IMG/VR virus record: IMGVR_UViG_2124908045_000001
Location: 1-57,022 of that record
Length of the DNA: 57,022 bases
Reading direction: 5' to 3' (one strand)
Origin: a virus
Taxonomy: Duplodnaviria > Caudoviricetes
This document shows positions 35,825-45,293 of the stretch, in pieces (position 1 is the first letter of the stretch; the number at the start of each line of letters is the position of its first letter). Under the pieces are notes generated by a model that worked only from the letters and a program-made list of their open reading frames with translations, ran no database searches and was not told the origin of the DNA. A program made the position numbers and the translations under genes.

Positions 35825-36550
35825 TCAACGAAGGCCATACTGTGCCAAAATTTTATCGAGCACACCGCCTAATTGACCACCAACACCATCGCCGCCGTGC
35901 GCCATTCGGTAGCTGGCACTGCCCCAATGCGGCACGTCGGGGGCCGGGCGGCGCATGGGCGTAAGGTAGCCAGTGTAGTCGGTGCTGATGTCGTTTTCAC
36001 CGCGCGCACCACTGACCACGCGACCGCCACTGGACGTGCCTCCACCACTTTCGGTTTTCATGGCGTAGGGCAACAGCGTCCGCAGCAACTCATTCTGATT
36101 GTTCATCGTGGACTGCTGCAAACCAGCCGCGATTTGTGATGCCTGTCGGCGGTCAAGGCCAGCTTCGGTGAGCACGCGATCCTGTTCCTGCTGGTTGCCA
36201 TTGAGAATCGCGAGTTGCAGTCGTTGCTGGCCTTCGGCGGAAAGTCGGCGATCCAGCCCGGCCTGTTGCATTGCGTCACTCGCGGCCTGTGCGGCAATCT
36301 GGTTGTTGCTGATGCGCTCGCTGCTCTCGCGGGCGAGATACGGTTGGAGCATCTGCTGGCCAAGCTGAAGGCGGTCAAGACGCTCGCTGTCGCGCAAGCG
36401 GAGTCGGTTGTTCGCGGCGAAAGGAGAGCCGGTCATGCCACCCATCGCGACGGCAGCAGTAGCAGCGCGCTCATCCGTTTCCGGGAGCGGCACGCTCGGA
36501 TCAAGCAGGTAGGCCAAGCTCTGTTTTGGATCCGAAAAGTTGACGGCCAT
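35825..36550 (-). CDS. Internal virion protein (Gln/Ala/Gly-rich)
   Basis: Composition and position upstream of ejection-type genes. Confidence 0.6.
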   Translation of the reverse strand: MAVNFSDPKQSLAYLLDPSVPLPETDERAATAAVAMGGMTGSPFAANNRLRLRDSERLDRLQLGQQMLQPYLARESSERISNNQIAAQAASDAMQQAGLDRRLSAEGQQRLQLAILNGNQQEQDRVLTEAGLDRRQASQIAAGLQQSTMNNQNELLRTLLPYAMKTESGGGTSSGGRVVSGARGENDISTDYTGYLTPMRRPAPDVPHWGSASYRMAHGGDGVGGQLGGVLDKILAQYGLR

Positions 36551-36553
36551 AAA

Positions 36554-36925
36554 TTATCTCCGCATTCCGCGCATCCAGAACGGCAACTCGCGGTTGTTCA
36601 GACTCTGGTCAAATGGCTGACTGAACCACGGTTGCTGAGCGACAACTGGAGTCGCCGCCCCTGCGGTCGGTGGTGTGCCACGATTTGGATTACGCCTGAG
36701 CGCCCAAGGCTTTGAATCTGTCAGCCACGGATTAAGCGGTGCCGGATTGGGGCCGGGATTGTCCAACGTCCAGTTGGTGGCCGTGCCAGGTATCGCCTGT
36801 AATCCTGTGGGCGCAAGACCTTGGATGTCCGAGACGGCGCGCTGGCGCAAGTCACCCACCGCATTAGGCAGTGCAGGCAGCGGCGGTAGGCCATACTTTG
36901 AGCGTGGTTGTGTGAGTGTGGGCAT
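36554..36925 (-). CDS. Pro-rich virion-associated protein
   Basis: Tightly packed in the structural run. Confidence 0.55.
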   Translation of the reverse strand: MPTLTQPRSKYGLPPLPALPNAVGDLRQRAVSDIQGLAPTGLQAIPGTATNWTLDNPGPNPAPLNPWLTDSKPWALRRNPNRGTPPTAGAATPVVAQQPWFSQPFDQSLNNRELPFWMRGMRR

Positions 36926-36926
36926 G

Positions 36927-37970
36927 CTACATCATTGAACCAACCCTCAACTCGCGAAGGCCAATTACACCTGTGGGGCGGACGTTGATGGCAACGTCCT
37001 GCGGACCTTCGTAGTGCTCAAGCTCCTGAGAAAGCAGTTTAATTGCCTCACGGTGCTTCAAGATGGAAAACTGCTGGCCGTTCGCGACATCCATTTCAGC
37101 ATACCGGATGCTCTCGCACTCAGCTTTAAGGGCCGGGATATTACTGATGAGCAAGAAGTCACTTGGCTGAGTTGCGGGTCGATACTCGTACTTCAAAAGT
37201 GCCGTCAATTGTGCAGTGCTGGGCGGAAGTGCCGGATCGTGGCAGCAATTGCAAGGCAACGAATGCAAATAGTAACGGCGGTACGCAGGATTGGTTTCCT
37301 GAGGCGTGTAGCGTGACAGAAACGTTTCAACCCCGGTAGTTGCATCGACCGCTTTCAGCACGACATCCCCCTTGGTAACAACCTTGGAAAGCGCGGAGAA
37401 GCTCGTCACGACAAAGGCGCTGGTTGTGAATGGGCTTTGCAGTGTCAGGTAAAAACCATCCACACTGTTCAAGCCGTCCGCGCTGTAGATGCCAACGTTG
37501 TTCGCATCCATAGCACCACTGAACAAGATTCGCTTTCCAATATCCGCCGCTGACGTGGGGTAAATGCGAAGATATTGGTTTGTGGACGGTAAATCCACCG
37601 CCGTAGAAAAGCTTCCACGGTCATACGCGGCCAGCGCGCCGCATCCATTGCGTCCCGCGCATTCAGTTTGCAAACCAACTCCGTCCACAAGGACTTCGTA
37701 CCAATCATTTTGGATGCGTATCGGTGTGCGGCAAACATCAATGCCGGCGGCGCGAGCGAAATCGGGGGGCAATGTAAAATACGGATTCTCCCGAGATACA
37801 TTCACCACAACGCGTGCCCACCCATTCCACCATCCTGTTTGAGAACCGGCATTGATGAGGCGCTGTTGCGCTTCATTGATGTAACTCGCGACGCCGTTGA
37901 CGTTGGTGGCACACATTCCCAAAACCTGAGGAATGCGGGACGCCATTACATCGCTGAGCTTGATCCGCAC
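36927..37970 (-). CDS. Head-tail adaptor / tail tubular-like protein
   Basis: YINEAQQRL...FTLP pattern of adaptor proteins; start probably GTG 37970. Confidence 0.6.
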   Translation of the reverse strand: MRIKLSDVMASRIPQVLGMCATNVNGVASYINEAQQRLINAGSQTGWWNGWARVVVNVSRENPYFTLPPDFARAAGIDVCRTPIRIQNDWYEVLVDGVGLQTECAGRNGCGALAAYDRGSFSTAVDLPSTNQYLRIYPTSAADIGKRILFSGAMDANNVGIYSADGLNSVDGFYLTLQSPFTTSAFVVTSFSALSKVVTKGDVVLKAVDATTGVETFLSRYTPQETNPAYRRYYLHSLPCNCCHDPALPPSTAQLTALLKYEYRPATQPSDFLLISNIPALKAECESIRYAEMDVANGQQFSILKHREAIKLLSQELEHYEGPQDVAINVRPTGVIGLRELRVGSMM

Positions 37971-38021
37971 GCTCCCTGTGTGCGCCCAATTCTTCCAAAC
38001 ATCAAGGCGGAAACGCACCAA

Positions 38022-38756
38022 TCACGGCAACGTAATCGGCGGCGTGCGCCCGAGTCCACCATTCCAAATGTAGTCAATCTGCGGCTGCGTGAGCATCGGA
38101 TAAAACAGCGCCACCTCATCGAACTGGCCCTCACCTGCGGGGTTTATGCCGCCGTAAATAAGCCGAAACCGCCCGAACGGTGATGACGGGATGATGACCG
38201 AGCAGGCGCTCGTCTGCACGGGGCCGTTGTCGATTTGAAACAAGGCTTTGCCGTCCGAAGGCCGATACGATGCGACAAAGAAAAAGAATGTGCCCAGGCC
38301 AACGACGTGCGCGACGTTCGTGTTGCAGATGCTGAACGGCGTTCCTGAGGTGCCGACTTGGCAGATGTTGACTCCATCCGAAAGATCCAGCAGGCCGTTG
38401 AGCGTCACACCACCCGCATCAGCATAAAGGGCGAGCGAGCAGGACAGGATTTGGTTCGCGCTGCCAGTAACGCGCCGCGCCCAACCGCACAAGGTGAATC
38501 CGTCTGCGGCGTCGTAAGCCAGGGCGCCGATGATGCCGGTGTCGAACCCAACGTTGACATCGAAGGCGGCTTTCGTGATGAGCGCACCGTTCAGCACTTT
38601 TCCGGCAGGTGCGGAAAATGTGCTGGAGCCGGGATTGGATTCGCTGGCGACGATGCCGGACAGGACATCTACTTGAGCGCCCGTGGCCTCAAGGGGGTAC
38701 CAGACGCGCAGGCCACCTTCGACGACAAGTTCAAGCTCTTTGGTGCAGGTGCTCAT
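38022..38756 (-). CDS. LamG-like domain virion protein
   Basis: WYPLE...GKVLNG...FTLCGW...GQFDEVALF...IWNGGLG. Confidence 0.7.
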   Translation of the reverse strand: MSTCTKELELVVEGGLRVWYPLEATGAQVDVLSGIVASESNPGSSTFSAPAGKVLNGALITKAAFDVNVGFDTGIIGALAYDAADGFTLCGWARRVTGSANQILSCSLALYADAGGVTLNGLLDLSDGVNICQVGTSGTPFSICNTNVAHVVGLGTFFFFVASYRPSDGKALFQIDNGPVQTSACSVIIPSSPFGRFRLIYGGINPAGEGQFDEVALFYPMLTQPQIDYIWNGGLGRTPPITLP

Positions 38757-39328
38757 AGCGCCAAGACGAAACGAAACTTAGAGACACGCGGGACTCGTGC
38801 CACAATTGCATCGGTTGGCATGTTTCCCTTACGACCGTATTTCTTATTTGTTCTGGTGTCCACGTAATCACATCGCGGCGTTTTGCGATCATCATCCGTG
38901 GAACCATCGGCGCGCCAATTGGCAGCTTTGTAAATCGTCCCAGCATGTCCAGCGGACGGATCGGCGTAGCTCAGCAAATACTGAACATCCCTGTGGTGCG
39001 CCCTGATGTAGCGAACGCTTTGGCCGATCAGCCATGTTTCGGAATTTCGAGGTATTTCATCAAGCAGATACAGGCGCGCCAATTCCCACGTTTTGCCGCC
39101 ATACCGTTTATCCACCTCGCGCGGCGGGGCGGCGTACACAACGCACCCAACAGGGCGACCGTTATGCAACATTAAAAGGCACAACAAAACAATGGCCGGC
39201 CTCTTTTTCAAATAATGAGATTGGATAAAGTGATTTACCTCCACGATTGAGCATGGGTGTATTTGGCAAGTCATTCGCCATTCTCGATCAAATCTCCGGG
39301 CGGCTGAAACTTGTGAGAGCGTTATCAC
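38753..39328 (-). CDS. Mom-like DNA modification (GNAT-fold) protein
   Basis: HYL...GCVVY...ELARL...PRNSETWLIG...SYADPSAGHAGTIYKAANW. Confidence 0.85.
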   Translation of the reverse strand: MITLSQVSAARRFDREWRMTCQIHPCSIVEVNHFIQSHYLKKRPAIVLLCLLMLHNGRPVGCVVYAAPPREVDKRYGGKTWELARLYLLDEIPRNSETWLIGQSVRYIRAHHRDVQYLLSYADPSAGHAGTIYKAANWRADGSTDDDRKTPRCDYVDTRTNKKYGRKGNMPTDAIVARVPRVSKFRFVLAL

Positions 39329-39333
39329 ACGCG

Positions 39334-40827
39334 TCAGCTATCAGACACTTGGAGTACAAAATCGAACGTGCCCGTTGAGGTGGGTGTGCCGCTCAACACG
39401 CCCGTGTTCGGATTCAACACAATGCCGGGAGGCAATGTTCCACCCACGATGGAGAACACGGGATTGGTGAAGCCATTCACGGCGATGGCTTGGGCGTAAG
39501 GCGAACTGGTGTCGGCGTTGGGTAATGTGCTGGTGACGATTTCAGCAACCGTGATGGTGTAGGCACGAGAAGCGGAGTTGCCGTTGCTGTCGGCAGCGGA
39601 AATCGTGAACGTGTAGCTACCAGCCGTAGTGGGTATTCCACTAAGCATCCCACCAGAAAAGCTCAAACCCGGGGGCAACGCGCCAGATGTCACACCAATC
39701 GCAGTGGGCGTTCCCGGGCCAGTGGTGCCGACTACAGCAGCAAACACCTCATTCACGCACACGCCCGCCACGCCAATGTCGCTCAAGCAAAACCGGGAAT
39801 TCCATGCGTGCGAACAAGCGTAGGAGATTGCCGCCGCATTCGCTGCTGCAAGATTCTCGGCTCTGAATGACCCAGCGCCAACAGTGAAAGTGAATGTGCC
39901 CCCATTCTCGCACGGAATTGAGCACGCCTGCCGCTGGTTCCCGACGTTCGGTGTCTCGGGGAACTCCTCCCGCTGACATGCGCGCGACAATGACAACACA
40001 CAAAAAGCAGCGGCAATCTGATTCGCCGCCGCTTCGTCAATTCCCACAAAAGCGCCAGCCGGGACGGTCTGTGTGATCGTCTCACCATTGCAGGTTTGGG
40101 AACAAGTCTGAGCGATATTCCCAACGAGCGGTGGCAACTCAGGGCACGCGAGCAATGCCAGAGCGCACGCGATCTCCAGTGCCCGCGCATTCGCTGAAGC
40201 CAGCGTAAGTCCGAGCACGGCACCAGCGGGAACCGTGACGCTCAATGTTCCACCCGAGTTTGGGCACACCGCAGAACATGACTGCGCCGTATTCTGGACG
40301 AGCGCGCCGAAGCATTGCAGTCCAGCAATCTCACACGCGAGTTGTGCGGCGAGATTGTTCGCTGCGTCAGCGCTGGGCGCGGACAGGACACCAGCAGGCA
40401 CGGTGTAGGTGCTGACGCTGCTATCTGGGCACGTCACACTGCATGTGCGCGCGGAATTGGTGGCGCTGCACATCGCTGCAACACTGGCGCAGGCGAAGGC
40501 CAATGCTTGCGCGTTCGCCTCTTGAACAGAATTTGCGAGGATCGTGCCAGCGGGGAGCGTGAAGGTGCTGCCGCATGGGCCAGTGCAGGTTTGTTCTTCG
40601 GAGACGAAAATACCTTCGGCGAGACAGCGCGCGGCGCAAAAGTCGCTTTGCTCTTGGGATACGATGGACTCACAAGTGGTAAATGGCGGGTTCACGCCGA
40701 TGTCGCTACACTGATAATATCCAAAGAAACTTGGACGGTCCGGCAATTCCGCCGTGAGATTCCGTACGGCCACACCCTCGGCGGGTGGAACACAATCACT
40801 GAAATTTGGGCACGGGAAAAAAGCCAT
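39334..40827 (-). CDS. Cys-rich repeat protein with C-terminal Ig-like (He_PIG-type) domains; tail fibre/decoration
   Basis: Five C-x3-C...TVPAG...AN-x2-A-x3-AC repeats; GALPPGL...LSGIPT twice. Confidence 0.75.
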   Translation of the reverse strand: MAFFPCPNFSDCVPPAEGVAVRNLTAELPDRPSFFGYYQCSDIGVNPPFTTCESIVSQEQSDFCAARCLAEGIFVSEEQTCTGPCGSTFTLPAGTILANSVQEANAQALAFACASVAAMCSATNSARTCSVTCPDSSVSTYTVPAGVLSAPSADAANNLAAQLACEIAGLQCFGALVQNTAQSCSAVCPNSGGTLSVTVPAGAVLGLTLASANARALEIACALALLACPELPPLVGNIAQTCSQTCNGETITQTVPAGAFVGIDEAAANQIAAAFCVLSLSRACQREEFPETPNVGNQRQACSIPCENGGTFTFTVGAGSFRAENLAAANAAAISYACSHAWNSRFCLSDIGVAGVCVNEVFAAVVGTTGPGTPTAIGVTSGALPPGLSFSGGMLSGIPTTAGSYTFTISAADSNGNSASRAYTITVAEIVTSTLPNADTSSPYAQAIAVNGFTNPVFSIVGGTLPPGIVLNPNTGVLSGTPTSTGTFDFVLQVSDS

Positions 40828-41025
40828 TCAATCCCCCACTAAAATGTGACTCGGCACTTCGTTCTTGTGGAACCACCCCATCAATTGCTCAAACGTTTGG
40901 AAGTCAGGGGGCATCGTTGCAGCGCGCCGCGGCGGTTCTGCGGGCTTTAGGTGATTCCCATCCTTGTCTATGAAACACAGTTCGTAGTGCGCCTTCTCGT
41001 ATTCAGGATTTGGAACCATCTTCAC
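40828..41025 (-). CDS. Hypothetical protein
   Basis: VPNPEYEKAHYE; abuts the next gene. Confidence 0.55.
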   Translation of the reverse strand: MKMVPNPEYEKAHYELCFIDKDGNHLKPAEPPRRAATMPPDFQTFEQLMGWFHKNEVPSHILVGD

Positions 41026-41276
41026 GCCAGCATCATCCCTCGCCCGCGCCGGATGTCGAGCAAGTTCTCACTAACAAATCTGCGTGACACGCCAGGCATT
41101 TCAGTGCAGGGTGGGGATGTTCTCTGAATCGAGCGCGTGGCGGAATAAGACGCAAGGTGCGGTAAATGACGCCCTGATGGTGAATCTTGCAGACTGAAAT
41201 TGTCTGCCGCGCTCAATTCAGAGAACTGAGCCAGAAACCCCTCGCTTCCGACCTTTCCGGGTGATAGCGTGCCGCA

Positions 41277-41750
41277 ATGAAAAACATTCAACGCTGGTTT
41301 GCTCCCTTGTGCCTCCTCGCGCTTCTCACGGGCTGCGCTTCTACACCACCCGCCGTCACGCAGGCCACGGTTCGCACGGCGGTGCAGCTTGGCGTGACTT
41401 TCGGTGTGGATCAATCACCTGAAGCCATCCCGTACTTGCGTTACGCGGCGCCAGTGGTGTGTGAGGCCGCGAAAGGAACCAATGTATCGCCCGAGTTCGT
41501 GATTGAGCGGTTGCAGAACAACGCGCAAGCCGAGCAGTTCAAGAACCCACAGGCCATCCTGATTTTCAACAGCGCCTTCGGCATCTATAGTGGCCTTTAC
41601 GAGACGTATGGCGCGGGCGGCGTGCAGGAGCAGACATGGCTACGGGCATGGCTGACTGGCACATGTGAGGGGATGTTGTTGGGGTTGCCGCCAGTCATCG
41701 CACCCGGGGTGACGAGCGCCAAGCCGGTGGTTCGGGCGCGCTTGCGGTAG
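41277..41750 (+). CDS. Lipoprotein
   Basis: Lipobox LLTGC. Confidence 0.75.
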   Translation: MKNIQRWFAPLCLLALLTGCASTPPAVTQATVRTAVQLGVTFGVDQSPEAIPYLRYAAPVVCEAAKGTNVSPEFVIERLQNNAQAEQFKNPQAILIFNSAFGIYSGLYETYGAGGVQEQTWLRAWLTGTCEGMLLGLPPVIAPGVTSAKPVVRARLR

Positions 41751-42219
41751 GCGCTGAAACTTTTTGTCGAAAGTTCTTGCGTGAGGTGGGGCGAGTGAAT
41801 TAAAAATAAATCGTTCGTGTCGGAGTAGTAGCCGTGCGAGATTGACTTTCGGTGTCCGTGTTCTTCATTCCCGCTCAGACTACTACCTGAGCGGGAATTT
41901 TTTTCTCCACGCGAACCAGTTTGCCATTCAGCAAGCTCTGTCTCGACAGCGACAACTTGGACAACCCAGAAATGGGATGGAGTAGCAGACCGCGCCCCGT
42001 AAACAGGCTGCAAGCTACCTGACAGCCACGAGCGAAGGGTGATGCGCGGAGGGAGTAAAAGGCTATGCGCTTGGCTCCGGTGGAACAGAGGCACACTGAG
42101 CAGGGAAAGCTGTCGCTTTCACCAGTGGAACAGTTCAGATCGGAATGAATTACCGAGAGTACATAAACTCAGATCATTGCAATACTGTTTAACCCTCAAC
42201 CCAAGCAGCCGACACTTTT

Positions 42220-42438
42220 ATGACCGAAAGAATCACCCACGTAAACAGCCCGCTACGCAAGTGCCAGAACTGTGCGTATTGCTTTCACGGCACCGACCGG
42301 GATGGGTCTGATGATCGCTGCCATCTTTACCAGCGATTTTGTGTCTTCGCCATGAGCTCGTGCCGATTAGAAAACTGGAAGCCCAAGCCACCACGGAAAA
42401 GTCTGCGGCAACTCTTGCGAGATTGGCTTTGGGCATGA
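42220..42438 (+). CDS. Small Cys-rich protein
   Basis: CQNCAYC...C...C. Confidence 0.6.
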   Translation: MTERITHVNSPLRKCQNCAYCFHGTDRDGSDDRCHLYQRFCVFAMSSCRLENWKPKPPRKSLRQLLRDWLWA

Positions 42439-42457
42439 CCTCCATAACAACACTTTT

Positions 42458-42703
42458 ATGAGCGATAAACCAGATGGTGGGCCAGCGTTTCCATGCGATG
42501 TCATGGACATCCAGCCGCATACTGGAACCCAAATTGTGCGGGAACAATTCTACGGCATGACCTTGCGCGATTACTTCGCAGCCGCAGCGTTGCCAGAACT
42601 CATTCGTAGTGCGCTGGATTTAGATCACGTCAAATGGGACGCCACAGCCGAACACGCCTACATCATTGCTGACGCCATGCTCGCCGAACGCAACAAGTCA
42701 TGA
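42458..42703 (+). CDS. Conserved phage protein
   Basis: DGGPAFP...GMTLRDYFAA...AYIIADAMLAER. Confidence 0.85.
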   Translation: MSDKPDGGPAFPCDVMDIQPHTGTQIVREQFYGMTLRDYFAAAALPELIRSALDLDHVKWDATAEHAYIIADAMLAERNKS

Positions 42704-43104
42704 CCGCAGCCCCCATCGCCACCCTCCAACACGCCTGGTGCCAAGCCAGCGGCCAGGAACTCAACCACAAGCTCTGCGAGCGCGTGTTCTACGAAGCCTG
42801 GAAGGCTGGCGTCACCGCTGATGACATCCGCTGCGTCGTGGAATTCATGCTCAGGTTCAACAAGCGCAGCGATGGGGCCAAGTTCCGGGTCAACGCTTTC
42901 TCGGTGGTGGGAGATTTGGAAAAGCTCGGGGCGCTCATTGCTGAGGCCCGCGCTGCGGAACGTAATCGCAGGCCAACCCCAACACCTAAAGAGCAAATCA
43001 TCGCCTTGCGTGAAAAGGTGGTGGACCCGGAAGCGGCAGACCCGAGAATTAATGGCAACGGCAGGCACGTCTCAGAACTATTCAAGAACCCGGGAAACCA
43101 ATGA
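42700..43104 (+). CDS. Hypothetical protein, possibly replication initiator C-terminal-like domain
   Basis: AGVTADDIRCVVEF helical pattern; weak. Confidence 0.5.
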   Translation: MTAAPIATLQHAWCQASGQELNHKLCERVFYEAWKAGVTADDIRCVVEFMLRFNKRSDGAKFRVNAFSVVGDLEKLGALIAEARAAERNRRPTPTPKEQIIALREKVVDPEAADPRINGNGRHVSELFKNPGNQ

Positions 43105-43295
43105 ACCTCACCGACACAGAACTCACCCAACCCAAGGCCACAACCTGCGAGCATGAATGGAACAATCAGTGCGACGCCATAAAACGTGTCCGCAATGGGG
43201 AATACCCGCCAGACTGGTTTCAGCGCATGATGCTGTCGGGACTCATGAGCAGAATTATGGCTTCGTGGGGTGCTGAGAAAAGCCTCGCAGAATGA
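43101..43295 (+). CDS. Hypothetical protein
   Basis: ATGA-coupled; NGEYPPDW. Confidence 0.6.
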   Translation: MNLTDTELTQPKATTCEHEWNNQCDAIKRVRNGEYPPDWFQRMMLSGLMSRIMASWGAEKSLAE

Positions 43296-43534
43296 AAGAT
43301 TCAGAACTCGAACAAATCGTGGACACCATTCGCAGCAACCACCAATTGCGGAGTGATAGCATTGGAACCCACGTCAGGCTCCTTCGCTCCATCGAAATCG
43401 CAGCCTTGCGCGAGGCGCGCGAAGCGGTGAAGAAAGCGACTGTCACTATTACAGACGACTTCGGCTACGATTTGGTTGAAAATCCAGCGTTACCAGACAT
43501 TGATAAGCTCATTCGGGATTTGGAACTGAAATGA
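43292..43534 (+). CDS. Hypothetical protein
   Basis: ATGA-coupled. Confidence 0.55.
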   Translation: MKDSELEQIVDTIRSNHQLRSDSIGTHVRLLRSIEIAALREAREAVKKATVTITDDFGYDLVENPALPDIDKLIRDLELK

Positions 43535-43699
43535 CCTGCGAAATCTGCCATCACGGCCCACCAGATCATCCTGTGGCGCTTTACTGCACGGGTAGTGGTG
43601 CGTGGTGATGCTGGCATTGTTTGCCGCAGGACCAGAAAGACAGGCGCGATCCAAACATGATTGGATTGGGTGCCGCACGAAAGCAACAGGAGGAGACCA

Positions 43700-43954
43700 A
43701 TGAATCCATCCAAGCGTCTCAATTGGATTGAGGCGTTCACTGACTTCCGCGCCATGATTGACGCCATCCCGCTGGCATCGCAATCCGCCAGCCGGATGCG
43801 CTGCGAGGATTGTGGGGGCGTGCTGCATCTAATTCGTGGGCGGCATTCAGGAAAATGGTTTTACACACATCAGGGCCACGGCTGTGAGGGGGTGCGGGCG
43901 ATATTCTTTGATGACAAACAGGCGGCAGAAACAGCAACAGAGGTTTTTCAATGA
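43700..43954 (+). CDS. Zn-ribbon hypothetical protein
   Basis: AGGAGG ribosome-binding site; CEDCGG. Confidence 0.55.
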   Translation: MNPSKRLNWIEAFTDFRAMIDAIPLASQSASRMRCEDCGGVLHLIRGRHSGKWFYTHQGHGCEGVRAIFFDDKQAAETATEVFQ

Positions 43955-44175
43955 ACTGCCCACACTGCTCCACGCCAATGGGACTCGCTGGATTGATCTT
44001 CTGCGGTGATTGCTGGGGCCGATTACCAAACGACCTGAAAGCAAAGCTCATCTGGCATCATCCTGACGTGGTAGCCAAACGTAAATCACCCGTGAAGCCT
44101 GGCAGCTACGATGCGCTGCTCAGAACAGCAATGGGCCACCTCACATTTCTCTCGACAAGCAGGAAATCGGCGTGA
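43951..44175 (+). CDS. Small Zn-finger protein
   Basis: CPHC...FCGDCWGRLP. Confidence 0.6.
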   Translation: MNCPHCSTPMGLAGLIFCGDCWGRLPNDLKAKLIWHHPDVVAKRKSPVKPGSYDALLRTAMGHLTFLSTSRKSA

Positions 44176-44187
44176 CAGAGTGCGCGC

Positions 44188-44439
44188 ATGAAAACACACC
44201 ACCTGAAAGTTTGGCCGTGGTTTTACCGTGAGCTTTTGACGGGCGCTAAAACATTCGAGCTTCGCAAGAACGACCGGGACTTCAAGGTGGGCGACACATT
44301 AGAAGAGGAGGAATGGAACGACGCCACACAGCAATACACCGAATCACCACATCTGCGCTTCACCGTCACACACATCATGCACGGGCCACTGTTCGGTTTG
44401 GAGGCGGGTTGGTGCTGCATGTCGATTAAGCCGGAATGA
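44188..44439 (+). CDS. DUF3850/ASCH (PUA-like) domain protein
   Basis: HHLKVWP...GAKTFELRKNDRDFKVGD. Confidence 0.85.
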   Translation: MKTHHLKVWPWFYRELLTGAKTFELRKNDRDFKVGDTLEEEEWNDATQQYTESPHLRFTVTHIMHGPLFGLEAGWCCMSIKPE

Positions 44440-44825
44440 AAATCTTGCTCTCTCTCGTTGTGGTCGTATTGCTGTCTGGGTGTGCAGCGCGTAAATCCCT
44501 GACGACGCAGCAGCTGGCTGTCATCCAACCACCTGCGCGCGGCGAGAAGGTGACAGACCACCCACTTCAACTGGCGTTAGGATTTCTGCCGCGACCTAAC
44601 GACGGCATCGTGCTGCACCAGACTTTCACCAATGGGCCATTCAGCCAGCGGGTGTTCCTGTGGGCTGAGTTTCCAGCGGGAACGATGTACACTGTTTCCA
44701 TGAGCAAGAACCTTGGAGACTGGTTCGCGCCACCACAGCAAGTCATCACGGAAACCAATGTGACGGCGAGCCTGCCTTACGACAAAACTGGACAGGCGTT
44801 TTTCAAGCTGGTGAGGAGGAAATGA
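44436..44825 (+). CDS. Lipoprotein
   Basis: Lipobox LLSGC. Confidence 0.65.
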   Translation: MKILLSLVVVVLLSGCAARKSLTTQQLAVIQPPARGEKVTDHPLQLALGFLPRPNDGIVLHQTFTNGPFSQRVFLWAEFPAGTMYTVSMSKNLGDWFAPPQQVITETNVTASLPYDKTGQAFFKLVRRK

Positions 44826-45094
44826 TGCGAGCTATCTTTAATGTCCTGATTGCTTGGCTGGTGGGGGTCGGCGTAGCGGCACAGTGCGTTTGGCTTACGA
44901 CCAATTCCACTTCCGGTTTTAAGTTAACGCAGGATATGGACAGGGGTACCAACTTCCTGACACTCACCAATCGAGCGCATTTACGAATGGGTGGCGTTGT
45001 GATTGTGCGCGTGACTGACGGTGAGTGGAATCTCCTTACAAATTACTACCGCACAAACCTCACGACGGGTAATTGGGAATTCTGGGGGAAATGA
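44822..45094 (+). CDS. Secreted-type hypothetical protein
   Basis: Hydrophobic N-terminus; TN-rich. Confidence 0.55.
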   Translation: MMRAIFNVLIAWLVGVGVAAQCVWLTTNSTSGFKLTQDMDRGTNFLTLTNRAHLRMGGVVIVRVTDGEWNLLTNYYRTNLTTGNWEFWGK

Positions 45095-45293
45095 TGCCGC
45101 GCACGAAAACCATCGGGCCGGATTCACTGCCACTGAAGGACGAATTGTTATTGCTGAGTCGGCAAATTGAGATGGCTCTGGCAATAGATGAATCACAAAT
45201 GAAAGCCATGACCTACGCGGAAGAAATGGAGCACATTGCCAAGTATGGACATGGGGCTTTGCTGGTTGGGGATTTCGTTATCAAAAGGCGCTG

